The notes: a model not told the origin generated them from the letters alone. DNA of 64,000 bases from an uncultured Gemmatimonadales bacterium (GCA_963825055.1 CAWGSK010000034.1:32001-96000); one strand, 5' to 3'. Counted from the stretch's first letter, positions 1-10,796 are shown. Numbers and translations are program-made.

Positions 1-1439
1 TCGTCATCTCCGGATGGTGCGGGGTGCTGTCGCAGGAGCGCAGTTCCCGGGCGGGATGCCGAGTGTCCACCGATGGCGATCCGGCCGTCGGCACTCAGGG
101 CGACGGACCGCCCGCGCTCTGGCATGGTTCCTCCGACGAGCGCACCGCCGAGCAGACCATCCATGCGGGCACTCGTTACTGCGACCCAGACATCATCTTC
201 GGTCCGCTGGCGCCGGAGGCCGGGGAAGTCCCCGCTCTTGGTCCCTCCCGTCACATATGCGCGCCCCAGCCCATCCACGTCGATTCCCTCCGACCAGTCT
301 GCCCGGCTTCCGCCCAGGTAGGTAGCCCCAAGGAGCCGGCTGCCATCCGGCGCGATGGCGGCCAGGAAGGCATCCGGGCGCCGGTATCCCGCACTGCCGG
401 GCCGGGTCTGCCAGGCGCCCGGCGTGACCGGAAAGTCCCGCGAAGTGGTGGGGCCCGTAACAAACACCGAGCCGTCAGGACCAACGGCGAGCTGGTGCGT
501 TTCGGCACTCTCATATCCCGAGCCACCCACGTAATTCCCCCAGAGCAGGCGGGACCCGTCGAGAGACAGTTTTGCCACGAAGACATCGGAGTCGCCATGC
601 TTGGCCCGGCCGAACCCGGTGGCCGGCATGTCCGGCGAGCGGGTATACAGGGCGACATAGACGCCTGTACTGTCTACCCGCACGGTGTTGGTGTTGCCCT
701 CGTTGCCCGATCCACCGAGCCACGTCGCCCACAAGACCGCCGTGCCGTCGCCCCGGACTTTCGCGAGCAGTGCGTCTCGCCCGCCGGCACGCTCCGGCTG
801 GAGGGCATGGGCGAACCAGGCGGCGGGGAAGGTTCCGGTCTCCGCGGATGAGACGATATAGAGATCACCGGCGGCATCGATGGCAATGTCGCGGATGGGG
901 ACGTGGTCTTCGTTGCCGAACCAGGAACAAAAGCGGATGGCCCCGTCCTCCGGGGCCAGTCGGCAGATGAACCCATCCTGCTCCCCATAGCCTGCCCCGG
1001 GCTCGCGGCCACCGGCAAACCTCGTCTGCAGCGCGCCTGGTGTGACGGGAAAATCGCCGCCGGCGCGGCCCACGGCATACACTGATCCATCCGGCGCCAC
1101 TTCCAGGCCATAGATGCGCTCGTACCCGCTGCCACCGATCAGCCGGGACCAGCGGACGGAGCCGTCGGGACCCAGCTTCACGATGAAGGCGTCGCTTGGT
1201 CCCTGGAGGACGCTGCCGTCGGTGGTCGGGAAATCCGGGCTCTGCGTGCTCCCGGCCACGTAGAGGTTTCCTTGCCGGTCCCAGGCGACGTCCCGGGCCA
1301 TGTCGTCCCGGCTGCCGCCGATGGTAGCGACCAGCTCCGTGCGGAGATTCGGCACGGCAGCACGCTGGGCCGGAGCCTGTCGGCAGCACAGCAGGCTGGT
1401 CGCCAGAGTCAGCAGGAACTTTCCTCCGGCATGTCTCAC
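1..1439 (-). CDS. Secreted SBBP-repeat (beta-propeller) protein, 3'-truncated by the window edge
   Basis: Not in the ORF track because it has no stop in the window. GTG at 1439 overlaps the upstream TGA. Manual translation: VRHAGGKFLLTLATSLLCCRQAPAQ...IGGSRDDMARDVAWDRQGNLYVAGSTQSPDFPTTDG, i.e. signal peptide plus typical SBBP repeats. Confidence 0.85.
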   Translation of the reverse strand, partial: MRHAGGKFLLTLATSLLCCRQAPAQRAAVPNLRTELVATIGGSRDDMARDVAWDRQGNLYVAGSTQSPDFPTTDGSVLQGPSDAFIVKLGPDGSVRWSRLIGGSGYERIYGLEVAPDGSVYAVGRAGGDFPVTPGALQTRFAGGREPGAGYGEQDGFICRLAPEDGAIRFCSWFGNEDHVPIRDIAIDAAGDLYIVSSAETGTFPAAWFAHALQPERAGGRDALLAKVRGDGTAVLWATWLGGSGNEGNTNTVRVDSTGVYVALYTRSPDMPATGFGRAKHGDSDVFVAKLSLDGSRLLWGNYVGGSGYESAETHQLAVGPDGSVFVTGPTTSRDFPVTPGAWQTRPGSAGYRRPDAFLAAIAPDGSRLLGATYLGGSRADWSEGIDVDGLGRAYVTGGTKSGDFPGLRRQRTEDDVWVAVTSARMDGLLGGALVGGTMPERGRSVALSADGRIAIGGHSASRPGTALLRQHPAPSGDD

Positions 1440-3211
1440 CTGGCGGGCTCCAGCTGCACCTTGCCCTTTGTGATCGACAGCGTCCAGAGCTCGCGTCCAG
1501 GCCAGGCGTCGAGAATGGCGTCGTGTATACCTGGCAGGTCCCGCGCGAAGAGGATTCGACTCTGTTCCAGGGGGTAGGCGTTCAGCGGAAACGTGGATTT
1601 CCAGGCCCAGTCGCCCGGCTGCACCAGAACCAGGGCGTGGTCGAGATGCCGGCGCTTGACCTCCCGGCGGACGATCGCGGAAGATCCGCGGTAGTTGTCA
1701 CCGTATTCCCGGACCAGCGGCGGCAGCGCGAATAGCGCCACATGTGCGAGGAGCGCGGCCAGCGCCGCGGCGGCCACCCGCGGGGCGCCCGAGCCGCCAT
1801 CTGCCCCCGGCCGGCCCTCGACCAGCCGGGCGAGCAGGACCGCAAGGGCCGGCAGCGCGAGGTAGAGGTGGCGCGACCCGTACGCAATGCCATGGTAGAA
1901 ATGGAAGAAGTACACGCCCGCGAGGGCCATCGCGGAGGCCGTCAGCATCAGCGTCCACTCGTCGAACAGGGATCGGCGCCGCTGCCAGGCGAGGAAGGGC
2001 AGGGCGAAGACCAGCAGCGGGAGGCCGTAGACGTCCCTCGCGAACTGCACCACACGGTAGGCGGTAACCCGCACGGCGTCAGGGGGATGGAAGCCCGGCC
2101 ATTCGTCGCCGTGCATCTTCGTGCCCATGTCGTCGCCGAACCCGATACCGAAGCGTTCGTTCGGGTTCCGCGCCTCGAAGTACTTCGTGACCGGCATCTG
2201 CATCGGGTCGCCGGTCAGCGCTCGGTCGTACGCAAGCGTGCCGGCGATACCGCCCGTCGCAAGCAAACCCGTCACCAGCGCCGGCAGGACCAGGCGGCGG
2301 TCGTGCCACAGGCGGACCAGTCCCTGAATGGCAAACGGAAGGGTCACGGCCGCAGTGTCCACCGGGCGGACCAGCAGGTTGAGCGCGACGGCGAGCCCGG
2401 CGACGGCCGCCCACCCGAGGCTCCGGGTGGCGAGCATCCGCGCCCAGGTCCAGCAGAAGAGACCGAACAGCAGCAGGTTGGCCGGGTGCGACATGTAGGT
2501 GCCGTTCATGAACAGGACGAACGGCGAAACCGTGAGCAGGGCCAGCGCGAGGCGGCTGGTGCGGCGGTCGAGGGCCGTCTCCCGGAAGAAGCCCGCGAAG
2601 GCGAGAATCGCGAGCGCCCCGAGAAGCGGATTCACCAGCCACGGCGCGTGCACCGCGTATCCCGCCGCCAGGAACAGGGGCCACCCCGGATTCATGATCC
2701 CGTACCACCGGTCCCCGTCCACGAACGTATGAATGAAGGTCCAGGCATCAACCGGGGAGGGCGCAGGGAAATACAATTGGCCGTGGGCCAGCGCCCGGGC
2801 CTGAAACTGGTAGGCGACCTCGTCGGAGACGTGGGGGAAGTTCTGCAGGACCAGCAGTCCCGCGGCGAGGGCGAGGATCATGCCGGCCAGGGCGATCGTC
2901 AACGGCCGGAGCGTCCCGGTGAACCGCGCAATGCGTGCGGCGAGGGCGTCGAAGCGGAGGAAGAGCACCGCCAGTGCCACCCAGGCCACCGCGCTCGCCA
3001 CGAAATAGGAGGCTTCGGTCCCGACGTCGATGTATCGCGCGGCCAGCAGCATCGTGATGCCGGCCATTGCCAGAGCGCCGAGGAGGGCCGGTCCTTGGCC
3101 GTGGAGCGCATCACGCAGGTCACGGATGGCCTGGCGGATGCCCGTGGGGCGGGAGACGGCCAGGGCGGCCACGCTCAGTACGAGGGCAGCGGCCATCGGG
3201 TATCGGCTCAT
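1436..3211 (-). CDS. Polytopic membrane GT-C-like glycosyltransferase (ArnT/PMT-like)
   Basis: Many TM segments; 'SDEVAYQFQA' acidic loop after an early TM helix; ATG at 3211 overlaps the upstream TGA. Confidence 0.65.
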   Translation of the reverse strand: MSRYPMAAALVLSVAALAVSRPTGIRQAIRDLRDALHGQGPALLGALAMAGITMLLAARYIDVGTEASYFVASAVAWVALAVLFLRFDALAARIARFTGTLRPLTIALAGMILALAAGLLVLQNFPHVSDEVAYQFQARALAHGQLYFPAPSPVDAWTFIHTFVDGDRWYGIMNPGWPLFLAAGYAVHAPWLVNPLLGALAILAFAGFFRETALDRRTSRLALALLTVSPFVLFMNGTYMSHPANLLLFGLFCWTWARMLATRSLGWAAVAGLAVALNLLVRPVDTAAVTLPFAIQGLVRLWHDRRLVLPALVTGLLATGGIAGTLAYDRALTGDPMQMPVTKYFEARNPNERFGIGFGDDMGTKMHGDEWPGFHPPDAVRVTAYRVVQFARDVYGLPLLVFALPFLAWQRRRSLFDEWTLMLTASAMALAGVYFFHFYHGIAYGSRHLYLALPALAVLLARLVEGRPGADGGSGAPRVAAAALAALLAHVALFALPPLVREYGDNYRGSSAIVRREVKRRHLDHALVLVQPGDWAWKSTFPLNAYPLEQSRILFARDLPGIHDAILDAWPGRELWTLSITKGKVQLEPAR

Positions 3212-4719
3212 GTCCGTTCCCTGAGTTGGGTGGGCATCCAGCGCCACAGCACGAGGAATCCGGCTGCGGTGCCGGCATACAGGAGGATCCCCAGCAGCGG
3301 GCGCAGCGCCCAGTCACGCTCGAGATACCATCCCTGGTTCAGGACCGGGATCATGAGACAGAACGCGAACGCGGCCCAGGCGGCCGGGGAGCGCCAGAGC
3401 AGGGCGGCCGCCGGCAGCAGCCAGATGGCAAACCAGGGCCAGACGTGGCCGACACCGGCGAGGAGGATCAGGGCGAACCCCGCCAGGACGACGGAGACGA
3501 GCCGGAGGAACTCGGGCTGCCGGCAGTAGCGGATGACCGTCACCAGCAGGCCGGCGCCCAGCAGGGCCTCGACCGCCCTGGTCAGAAGGGCGGTGTTGAG
3601 CCGCAGGCCGGCGAGTGCGGCCAGGTCCCGGACCGTCGTGGCAGGGGTCCAGAAGACCCAGCCACGCATCCGGGCTGCTTCCTCGAACATTCCCGGGCCG
3701 CGATAGAAGGGGAGGAAGGCAAGCAGCATGACGGCTGTCGCGCCGAGGGCCGAGGCCAGATAGGCCCGGCGGGAGGCCCGCCGGAGATACAGGGCCAGGG
3801 CATCGAGCAGGGCAAACGGGGCGCTGACATACTTGATAAGCACCGAGGCCGCCAGCGCGAACGGCGACAACCGGAACCGCTCCCGGAACACCAGGTACAG
3901 CCAGAGAGTGAACAGGGCGACCATGACGATGTCGTTGTGACCTTCGATGATGGCCATCTCCGACGACATCGGCATCCAGCCGAAAATGCACATTGCGATG
4001 GCGGCGGATGCCTCGTAGCCCTGCGCCCGTGCCATACGGCCGATGAGCAGCATCGTTGCCAGCCACGCGACCACCAGCACCCCCTTGCCCAGCATGTAGC
4101 CGAGGAAGACAGAGCTGCCCGCCACGATCGCGAGGCCGCCGTTGAGCACGGCCCAGAGCGGCCCGTAGGTCATCAGGTCCCCGTAGTCCTGGCGCGGCAC
4201 GCCTCGCAGCGCGTCGACCGTAAAGGTCTCGTAGTAGGGATTATGCCCGCTCGCCACCATGCGTCCCCAACCGATGGACAGCCAGAAGTCATTGGTAAAC
4301 ATCGGATAGGCCAGGATGCCGAGCAGTGCCACGGCTGCTGCGGTCCGGAAGATCATTCTGGAGGTGTCGGTCGTGACCAGCCGGCGGTGCATCACCAGCG
4401 CCCGCAGCGCCAGGATGAACAGAACCGTCGTGCCGACGACGGGCAGGAGATAGGCGGCCGCGCGTATCGGGGGAGACGCGAGTATGGAGTCGCCGGTGAG
4501 CCATCCATTCAACACCCCACCGGGCCTCGCCGTCAGGTGGACGGCCTCCAGGAGGCGGCCGAACATGAGGATCTCCTCCGGCTGGCGCACGCCCAGCGGC
4601 GTGAAGGGAGCGATCCCGAAAGAGATCGGCACGAGCAGGGCCGCGCAGAAGACGATTCCGAGCCCGCACCGCCGGATGAATCCGTCCAGGTCCATCGGAG
4701 GCGGCGAAGGAGGCGTCAT
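3208..4719 (-). CDS. GT-C membrane glycosyltransferase, MptA/MptB/GT87-like
   Basis: Motifs 'PMFTNDFWLSIGWGR..GHNPY', 'TYGPLW', 'EGHNDIVMV', 'VLIKYVS', 'WPWF'; ATGA overlap at 4716-4719. Confidence 0.75.
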   Translation of the reverse strand: MTPPSPPPMDLDGFIRRCGLGIVFCAALLVPISFGIAPFTPLGVRQPEEILMFGRLLEAVHLTARPGGVLNGWLTGDSILASPPIRAAAYLLPVVGTTVLFILALRALVMHRRLVTTDTSRMIFRTAAAVALLGILAYPMFTNDFWLSIGWGRMVASGHNPYYETFTVDALRGVPRQDYGDLMTYGPLWAVLNGGLAIVAGSSVFLGYMLGKGVLVVAWLATMLLIGRMARAQGYEASAAIAMCIFGWMPMSSEMAIIEGHNDIVMVALFTLWLYLVFRERFRLSPFALAASVLIKYVSAPFALLDALALYLRRASRRAYLASALGATAVMLLAFLPFYRGPGMFEEAARMRGWVFWTPATTVRDLAALAGLRLNTALLTRAVEALLGAGLLVTVIRYCRQPEFLRLVSVVLAGFALILLAGVGHVWPWFAIWLLPAAALLWRSPAAWAAFAFCLMIPVLNQGWYLERDWALRPLLGILLYAGTAAGFLVLWRWMPTQLRERT

Positions 4720-5444
4720 CGCGCCGGCCGCGCGTCGTCGGGCGCTCCACGACTGAACAGGTACACGACGTGGGGATAGGGGAGCCAGTCGGTGATCGGA
4801 TACGCCTCCATGCTGAACGACGCGTCGACCAGTCCGCGGAACTGATCGGCGGTCCAGTACCACATGTCGAAGCTCCGCGTCATCAGTACATCGAGCAGCC
4901 AGGTGAAGCCAAGTTTGTAGGCCGGTTGCCGCATGATGTCCTTGATGACCAGGTGCCCGCCCGGCTCCAGCCGGGGGAGTACACTCTCGATAAGGTGCCG
5001 TTTGCCCGTGTCGGGAATGTGGTGCAGCAGGTCCATCATCAGGATACCGTCGTAGGTCGTGTCCAGTGGCAGGTCACCGCAGGCATCTCCGACTTCAAAC
5101 TGGACGTTGTCGAGTCCCAGGCGCGCGGCCGCGCGACGCGCCATGGCGATGCGACCCTCGTCGAGGTCGAATCCCTGATAGACCAGGCCCGGATTCCTGG
5201 CCGCGAAATACAGGCCGAACAGGCCGAATCCGCACCCGATCTCCAGCACGTGCTGCTTGCGGCGCAGGCAGAGCTGGAGCATGTGCAGGATGTTGATGTT
5301 GATGATCATGAACCGCACCTTGCAGTAGGCGCGGACGAGTGTGGAGTCGTAGGCGTCGATGATCTCGCGGAGAATCTCGCGCTGCGCACGCAGGTCGCTG
5401 GCGATCCGGGCGCGTGAGCGGCTCATGGGCGTAGTGGACAACAT
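4716..5444 (-). CDS. Class I SAM-dependent methyltransferase
   Basis: 'VLEIGCGFG' motif I, 'GFDLD', 'DLLHHI', 'LEPGG'. Confidence 0.9.
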   Translation of the reverse strand: MLSTTPMSRSRARIASDLRAQREILREIIDAYDSTLVRAYCKVRFMIININILHMLQLCLRRKQHVLEIGCGFGLFGLYFAARNPGLVYQGFDLDEGRIAMARRAAARLGLDNVQFEVGDACGDLPLDTTYDGILMMDLLHHIPDTGKRHLIESVLPRLEPGGHLVIKDIMRQPAYKLGFTWLLDVLMTRSFDMWYWTADQFRGLVDASFSMEAYPITDWLPYPHVVYLFSRGAPDDARPAR

Positions 5445-7147
5445 TATCTCCGGGGGTAACGGTAGAGCTGGACCGAGTCGGCGGCGAATACCGCCGGGCC
5501 ATAGCGTGCTCTGAGGCGGTTGCGGCGCGACAGGTCATCGCCATGGAGAATGAAGATGTAGGCCGGCCGGTCAAGTGCCGCGACATAGCGCATGTCTTCC
5601 GGCGTCAGGCTGTCCCCCTCGACCGCCGCCGCGGCAATGGCCACGCGTCGGGGCGCGTCCGGGTTGGCGTCCACCATGTAGCTGTCCAGGTAGGCGGTGA
5701 ACAGTGGATGCCCCGTCATGACGGGCAGTTCGGGTTGGTTGCCCATCGCCGTGAGGATCGGGCGCCCCGGGTCGGCGATGATCATGGCATCCGGTTCCGC
5801 GTTCGTCCGGATCCAGTGGTACGCGCTGGCCAGGGGCCCGTCAGCCGGCTGGCGGGCCAGGCCACCATCGGCCATCACCGCCGGAATCGGCGGACGGTCC
5901 AGGTAGGACAGCAGGACGACGGCGGAGGAGATGGAAAAGCAGACCACAATCGCGATGCTCCAGAGGACCCGCCGTCCCCAGTTCCAGCTTGCGGCCGGGA
6001 CAAGGGCCGCCGCCGCCGCAGGCGCAATCAGGAAGCCCGCGGCGTGGAAGAAATTGGAATCATTCCCCCGCGGCAGGATGATCACCAGCGCGGCGAGGAG
6101 CTGCAGGGCCGTCGCGATGAGCAGGGCGACCATGAATTGCCGCACCGGGCCGGTGGAGCGCCAGGCGCCGATGAGGCCCAGCGCCACGACCGGCCCGGCG
6201 CTGGCGATCACCGCCACCAGCACCTCCCGCCGGAGGCCCAGGGCAATGCCGCCGCCACCGGCGCGGGCAAAGAGGTGGTAGTAGGTCGGACTGCCCAGCA
6301 GCAGACCCGCCACAATCGCACCGGCGGCCAGCAGCCAGGGGCGACGATTCTCCACGAGCGGGAGTCCGACACGCAGGGCGGCGGGCATCAGCGCCACCGC
6401 GCCCAGCCCCGCCGCGAGGGACAGCCCGGCCGGCAGGCCGACCATCGGCGCCAGGGCGGAGCCCAGGGCGGCCACCCCCCCTGTGGCGACCGCCCAGCGC
6501 ATCCGTACGGTTGTCAGGTAGTTGGCCAGGCACCAGATGAGGATCAGCAGAAGGGCGAGGCCGACCGGTCGCGACGTCACGTTGAGAAAGAAGCTCGTGA
6601 GCGGACCGTAGAGGCTGCTCCGGTCCGAAATTCGAGCCATCGTGATCATCGGGTGGGCCAACCCCCAGAGGTAGACGCCCGTATCCGGGGGCGGCCGGTT
6701 TCCGAGCGCGAGGAGCGCCAGAAACCTCCAGCCTCCGAGCACGTTGGTCCCGGCGATTGCAAGGAGGCCGACGAAGAGCCCACCCGAGAGGCTGCCGAAG
6801 AGGCGCCGTCCGAGCAGGGCGCCGGCGACCCACAGGCCAACCAGTGACATCCCGACCAGGACCTCCACGGCATACAGCGGATTCAACCCGGTGGCCCGGG
6901 CGATCATGGCCAGGACATAATGGTAGAACCAGTAGTACGGGATGGGCTCGCCCGCATAGAACGGGTTCAGGGGGCGATGCAGGTCGGCCGGCCCCTGGAA
7001 CTCGCCGATGACCGCCAGGTGCAGCATGCCGTGAGCGTTCACCATCGTGCGGAAGCTGTCGGCGTGGACGTACCTCACCAGGGCGATGCAGAGGGCCGCG
7101 GCAAAGCAGGCCCAGCCCACACTCGCGATGCGTGACGGCGTGTTCAT
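5444..7147 (-). CDS. Polytopic membrane protein, possibly GT-C fold
   Basis: Multi-TM; 'PLNPFYAGEPIPYYWFYH' loop; C-terminal 'AYHWIRTNAEPDAMI' domain of the kind seen after GT-C cores. Confidence 0.55.
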   Translation of the reverse strand: MNTPSRIASVGWACFAAALCIALVRYVHADSFRTMVNAHGMLHLAVIGEFQGPADLHRPLNPFYAGEPIPYYWFYHYVLAMIARATGLNPLYAVEVLVGMSLVGLWVAGALLGRRLFGSLSGGLFVGLLAIAGTNVLGGWRFLALLALGNRPPPDTGVYLWGLAHPMITMARISDRSSLYGPLTSFFLNVTSRPVGLALLLILIWCLANYLTTVRMRWAVATGGVAALGSALAPMVGLPAGLSLAAGLGAVALMPAALRVGLPLVENRRPWLLAAGAIVAGLLLGSPTYYHLFARAGGGGIALGLRREVLVAVIASAGPVVALGLIGAWRSTGPVRQFMVALLIATALQLLAALVIILPRGNDSNFFHAAGFLIAPAAAAALVPAASWNWGRRVLWSIAIVVCFSISSAVVLLSYLDRPPIPAVMADGGLARQPADGPLASAYHWIRTNAEPDAMIIADPGRPILTAMGNQPELPVMTGHPLFTAYLDSYMVDANPDAPRRVAIAAAAVEGDSLTPEDMRYVAALDRPAYIFILHGDDLSRRNRLRARYGPAVFAADSVQLYRYPRR

Positions 7148-8973
7148 GGGCCCTGCTCCGCCGTGAGGGATAATCGGTCTCGCAACAGCCGCTCCATCTG
7201 ATGGGCTCGGGTAGTATCGGATCCCGCCAGGTCACGATGCTCGCCGGGATCCTGCACGAGATCGAACAGTTCCACCATCGAGTCCCGCCGTGTAATGACA
7301 TGCAGGCCGTGATCCACCAGGCTCTGCATGTCGCCGAGTGCGCCCGGATACCAGCGAGGAAGCCGGATGCCCCGCTGGACCATCGAGAGCGCCGGGCTGT
7401 CCTCGGCGTCCGCCCCGGACCAGGTCCTGGCCAGGGAATGACCCGGGAACACCGTGCTCCCGAGGCCTGCGATGTCCTCCACGGTGGCGGCCAGGTCACG
7501 CAGGCTCACCGGCCGCTCGACCCGGAGGTCGGCGGGAACGCCGGGCCCGAACACCAGCAGCGGCACGTGCAGGGCCTGGATGTAGAGCGTGTGCCCATGG
7601 AAGAAGATGCCGTGCTCACCGAGTTCTTCGCCATGGTCCGCCGTCACGATGACCACCGTGCGGTCCAGGAGGCCCTCACGGTCGAGGTCCGCAAAAAGTT
7701 GATCGAGCGTGTGGTCGATGTACCCGATGGCGCCGTCGTAGGCGGCGACCTCCTCGGCCACCTCGTCCGGCGTGACGAGTTCCCGACGCTCCCGCATGCC
7801 GAACCGGCGCAGGGGGCTCAGCCGGTTCGACCGGGGATGGCCCGCGAACTTCTCGAACCATGGCTCAGGCGGGAGGTAGGGGTCGTGCGCGTCGTAGAAG
7901 TTGAGGAAGGCGAAGAAGGGCCGGCCCCCGGTCCGGGACTGCCAGTCGAGAAACTCGCGGGTGACCATCGGCGCAGTCTTCCGGTTGGCGGACTCGTCGG
8001 TGCCGATCAGCTCGCGCAGGGTCCGCGTGTCGAGCACGCGACGGGAAAGGGTGGCGTCGCGGAACAGGGTTCCCCACCCGAACGGGTGGTCCTCGTAGTG
8101 CACGAATCCCCGGGCGAGGCCGTGTTCGTATGTCGCATAGATCAGGTTAGCCACGAACCCGCCCGTCGCGTACCCCCTGTTCCGGAACGCCTCGGCCAGG
8201 ACGGGATACGTGTCGTCGAGCGGCGTGCGCCAGCCGGTGGAGAGATCGGCAGGGTAGTGGCCCGTGAAGATGCTGGCGTGCGAGGGCAGCGTCCACGGGG
8301 CCGTACTCACGGCCTGGTCGAACACGACCCCCTTCTGGCCGTAGCGCTCGAGCGCCGGGGTGGTCTCCTTCGGATACCCATAGAGGCTGAGTTCCGTGGC
8401 CCGCACCGTGTCCAGGATGATCAGGAGGACGTTGGGTGCGCCTGCCCGCGCCTGGGGCAGCGAAGCCAGCGTGAGGCGTTCCCGCCAGATGCGCGTGCCG
8501 ACCATCGATCCGGCCAGTGCGCCGACGCCGAGGCCGAGCACCAGCGTGATCCGCGGGGCCAGACGTGCCCAGCCGGCGGCATGTCGCTCGATCATCCTGG
8601 CCCCCTGAATCCCGATACCGATCGCCAGCAGGGCGAGCGCCAGCGGGTGGACCTTCTGCCACGCGACGAGGGCGAGGATCGACATGGCGCCCATGGCCAC
8701 CAGCGGGAAGACCGAGACGCCGGGTCGCCAGCGCTCCGGCCAGCGACGCGCGAGGAGGGCCAGTACCAGTCCGGGCAGGGCGAACATGATGAGGTAGGCC
8801 ACCGGCGCCAGCCAGAACGCATCGCGGCTCCGGTTGATGAACTCGTGGAGCGCAAAGCGGCGGACGGCCAGGATGACGGCTTCCGCCACCCCGGTGAGGA
8901 GTGCGACCGCGGCCGCCGACCACACCACCGTCATCCAGGCGGGCGGAGCCGTCCTGCCACCGGGTGAGTTCAT
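7144..8973 (-). CDS. Membrane-anchored sulfatase-like hydrolase/transferase (alkaline phosphatase superfamily), copy 5
   Basis: ~5 N-terminal TM helices; ILDTVR, WTLPSH..FTG, DAHDPY, TADHGE..GEHG..HG. Confidence 0.9.
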   Translation of the reverse strand: MNSPGGRTAPPAWMTVVWSAAAVALLTGVAEAVILAVRRFALHEFINRSRDAFWLAPVAYLIMFALPGLVLALLARRWPERWRPGVSVFPLVAMGAMSILALVAWQKVHPLALALLAIGIGIQGARMIERHAAGWARLAPRITLVLGLGVGALAGSMVGTRIWRERLTLASLPQARAGAPNVLLIILDTVRATELSLYGYPKETTPALERYGQKGVVFDQAVSTAPWTLPSHASIFTGHYPADLSTGWRTPLDDTYPVLAEAFRNRGYATGGFVANLIYATYEHGLARGFVHYEDHPFGWGTLFRDATLSRRVLDTRTLRELIGTDESANRKTAPMVTREFLDWQSRTGGRPFFAFLNFYDAHDPYLPPEPWFEKFAGHPRSNRLSPLRRFGMRERRELVTPDEVAEEVAAYDGAIGYIDHTLDQLFADLDREGLLDRTVVIVTADHGEELGEHGIFFHGHTLYIQALHVPLLVFGPGVPADLRVERPVSLRDLAATVEDIAGLGSTVFPGHSLARTWSGADAEDSPALSMVQRGIRLPRWYPGALGDMQSLVDHGLHVITRRDSMVELFDLVQDPGEHRDLAGSDTTRAHQMERLLRDRLSLTAEQGP

Positions 8974-10796
8974 GGATCCGTCGCCGCGGAGCTGTCGGGC
9001 CAGGAGAGTGCAGTGCCGCCGAGCCGATGGCGCAGCCCGGCGCTGAACCCCGCGACCAGCGCGGCGTACTCCGGATCGCCTGCCAGGTTGCGGAGCTGGC
9101 GCGGGTCGGTCGCCATGTCATACAGCTCGCTGGCTCCCGATTCCTCCTGGATGAACTGCCAACGCCCCGTGACCACCGACGCGACCGATCCACGGGAGGC
9201 CGGCCACCCCGCCGGCACGGCCGAGCGTCGGGCCAGTTCCGCCGTGACGGGGGCATCGGACCGGGTAAACAGGTCCGGACCGGGCGCCAGCGCCTTGGCG
9301 CCGGCAAGCGCCTCGACCGTCGCGGGCACCTGGTCCAGGCTGACCGGGCGCGCGACACGCTCACCGGCCGGCACGCGACCGGGCCACCGGATGATGAGGG
9401 GCACGTGGATCTGGTCGGCATAGAGGCTGTGCCCGTGGTACATCAGGCCGTGCTCGCCCCAGCTCTCGCCATGGTCGCCCGTGACGATCACGATGGTACT
9501 GTCGAGGAGGCCACGGGTCCGGAGCGAGTCGAAGAGCGCCCCGAGCGATGCGTCCAGCATCAGGATGGACTCGTCGTACGCGTCCACCAGCGCGCGGAGC
9601 TGTTCCGGCGGTGGAAGTTCCATCTCGCCGGCCAGCGCGCCGATCTCCAGGCGGTCGTACGTGGCCTTTCCGCCCGGCGGCGAGAATTTCCCCGCGAAGG
9701 GTGCCGTGGGGAAGAGCGGGGAATGCACATCGAAGTAATTGAGGAACGCGAAGAATGGCCGGTCACCATCCTGCCTGTCGAGCCATCCCAGGAAGTCCCC
9801 GTTGATGTCCGGTGCCCATTTGCGGCCCGGCACGTCATGCAGGCCGACGTGGGGGAGCCAGTCGTAGGCCAGCATCCGGCCCAGCACCGTGCGCGCGACG
9901 GCGTCGCCCGGCTTCCCGAAGAAGTCTTCGTAGTGGATGAAGCCCCGGTCGAGGTGCGTCTGGCGACCGGTCCAGAACGTGTTCGCGACGAACCCCGCCG
10001 TGACGTAGCCCCTGTCCGCCAGGGCCTCGGCCAGGGTGGGGTAACGATCGTCCAGCCACGGCCGTCGCATGATACCGGCACGGTGTTCGTGCAGCGGCCG
10101 GCCGGTCATCAGGCTGGCGTGCGTGGGAAGCGTCCAGCTGGACGACGCGATGGCGCGGTCGAACACCGTCCCCTCGCGGGCAAAGCGCTCAAGCTCAGGC
10201 GTCGTGGGTCGGCCGTAGCCGTAGAGCGACATGTGGTCGGCCCGCTGGGTGTCCAGCACGATCAGCAGCACGTTGGGGCCGTGCGCGCCGGCCGCCAGCC
10301 GTCCCGTGGCCAGCCGCTCGCGCACGACGCCCCACCCGGTGATGCCGATCATCAGCAGCAGGACCAGCGCAGCCAGCGGAACGAGGGTGCGACGGATCAG
10401 TCCCTGCCAGGCGGTGGCGTGCTTGCTGTAATGACGCGTGAGGGCGACGGCGAAGCCGAGGGCCAGGATCAGGGCGGCGAGGGGCGAGAGGATCTGGCCC
10501 TGGAGGCTGGCGGCGAGCCAGGCGCCGATGAAGACCAGGGCCGCGAAGAGGACCTGGTCCCAGGCCGGCCCCCGCCACGCGCGCGAGAGCAGTGACGCGA
10601 CCGCGCCGACCAGCCCGAAGGCCACGAGGTACACGAGCGGCGCGACCCAGAAGATCTGGGCAGCGTTCCCCGTCCGCCAGGAGAGGGCTCCAGGCACGAG
10701 CGAGAGGAGCCCGGCCTCGGTCGCTTCGACCAGGCCGTAGGCGAGCCCACCCCAGACGGCCATCCGGAGAAGCGACGGGCGGGCTGATACGCTCAC
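8970..10796 (-). CDS. Membrane-anchored sulfatase-like hydrolase/transferase, copy 4
   Basis: TM N-terminus; VLDTQR, WTLPTH..MTG, DVHSPL, TGDHGE. Confidence 0.9.
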   Translation of the reverse strand: MSVSARPSLLRMAVWGGLAYGLVEATEAGLLSLVPGALSWRTGNAAQIFWVAPLVYLVAFGLVGAVASLLSRAWRGPAWDQVLFAALVFIGAWLAASLQGQILSPLAALILALGFAVALTRHYSKHATAWQGLIRRTLVPLAALVLLLMIGITGWGVVRERLATGRLAAGAHGPNVLLIVLDTQRADHMSLYGYGRPTTPELERFAREGTVFDRAIASSSWTLPTHASLMTGRPLHEHRAGIMRRPWLDDRYPTLAEALADRGYVTAGFVANTFWTGRQTHLDRGFIHYEDFFGKPGDAVARTVLGRMLAYDWLPHVGLHDVPGRKWAPDINGDFLGWLDRQDGDRPFFAFLNYFDVHSPLFPTAPFAGKFSPPGGKATYDRLEIGALAGEMELPPPEQLRALVDAYDESILMLDASLGALFDSLRTRGLLDSTIVIVTGDHGESWGEHGLMYHGHSLYADQIHVPLIIRWPGRVPAGERVARPVSLDQVPATVEALAGAKALAPGPDLFTRSDAPVTAELARRSAVPAGWPASRGSVASVVTGRWQFIQEESGASELYDMATDPRQLRNLAGDPEYAALVAGFSAGLRHRLGGTALSWPDSSAATDP

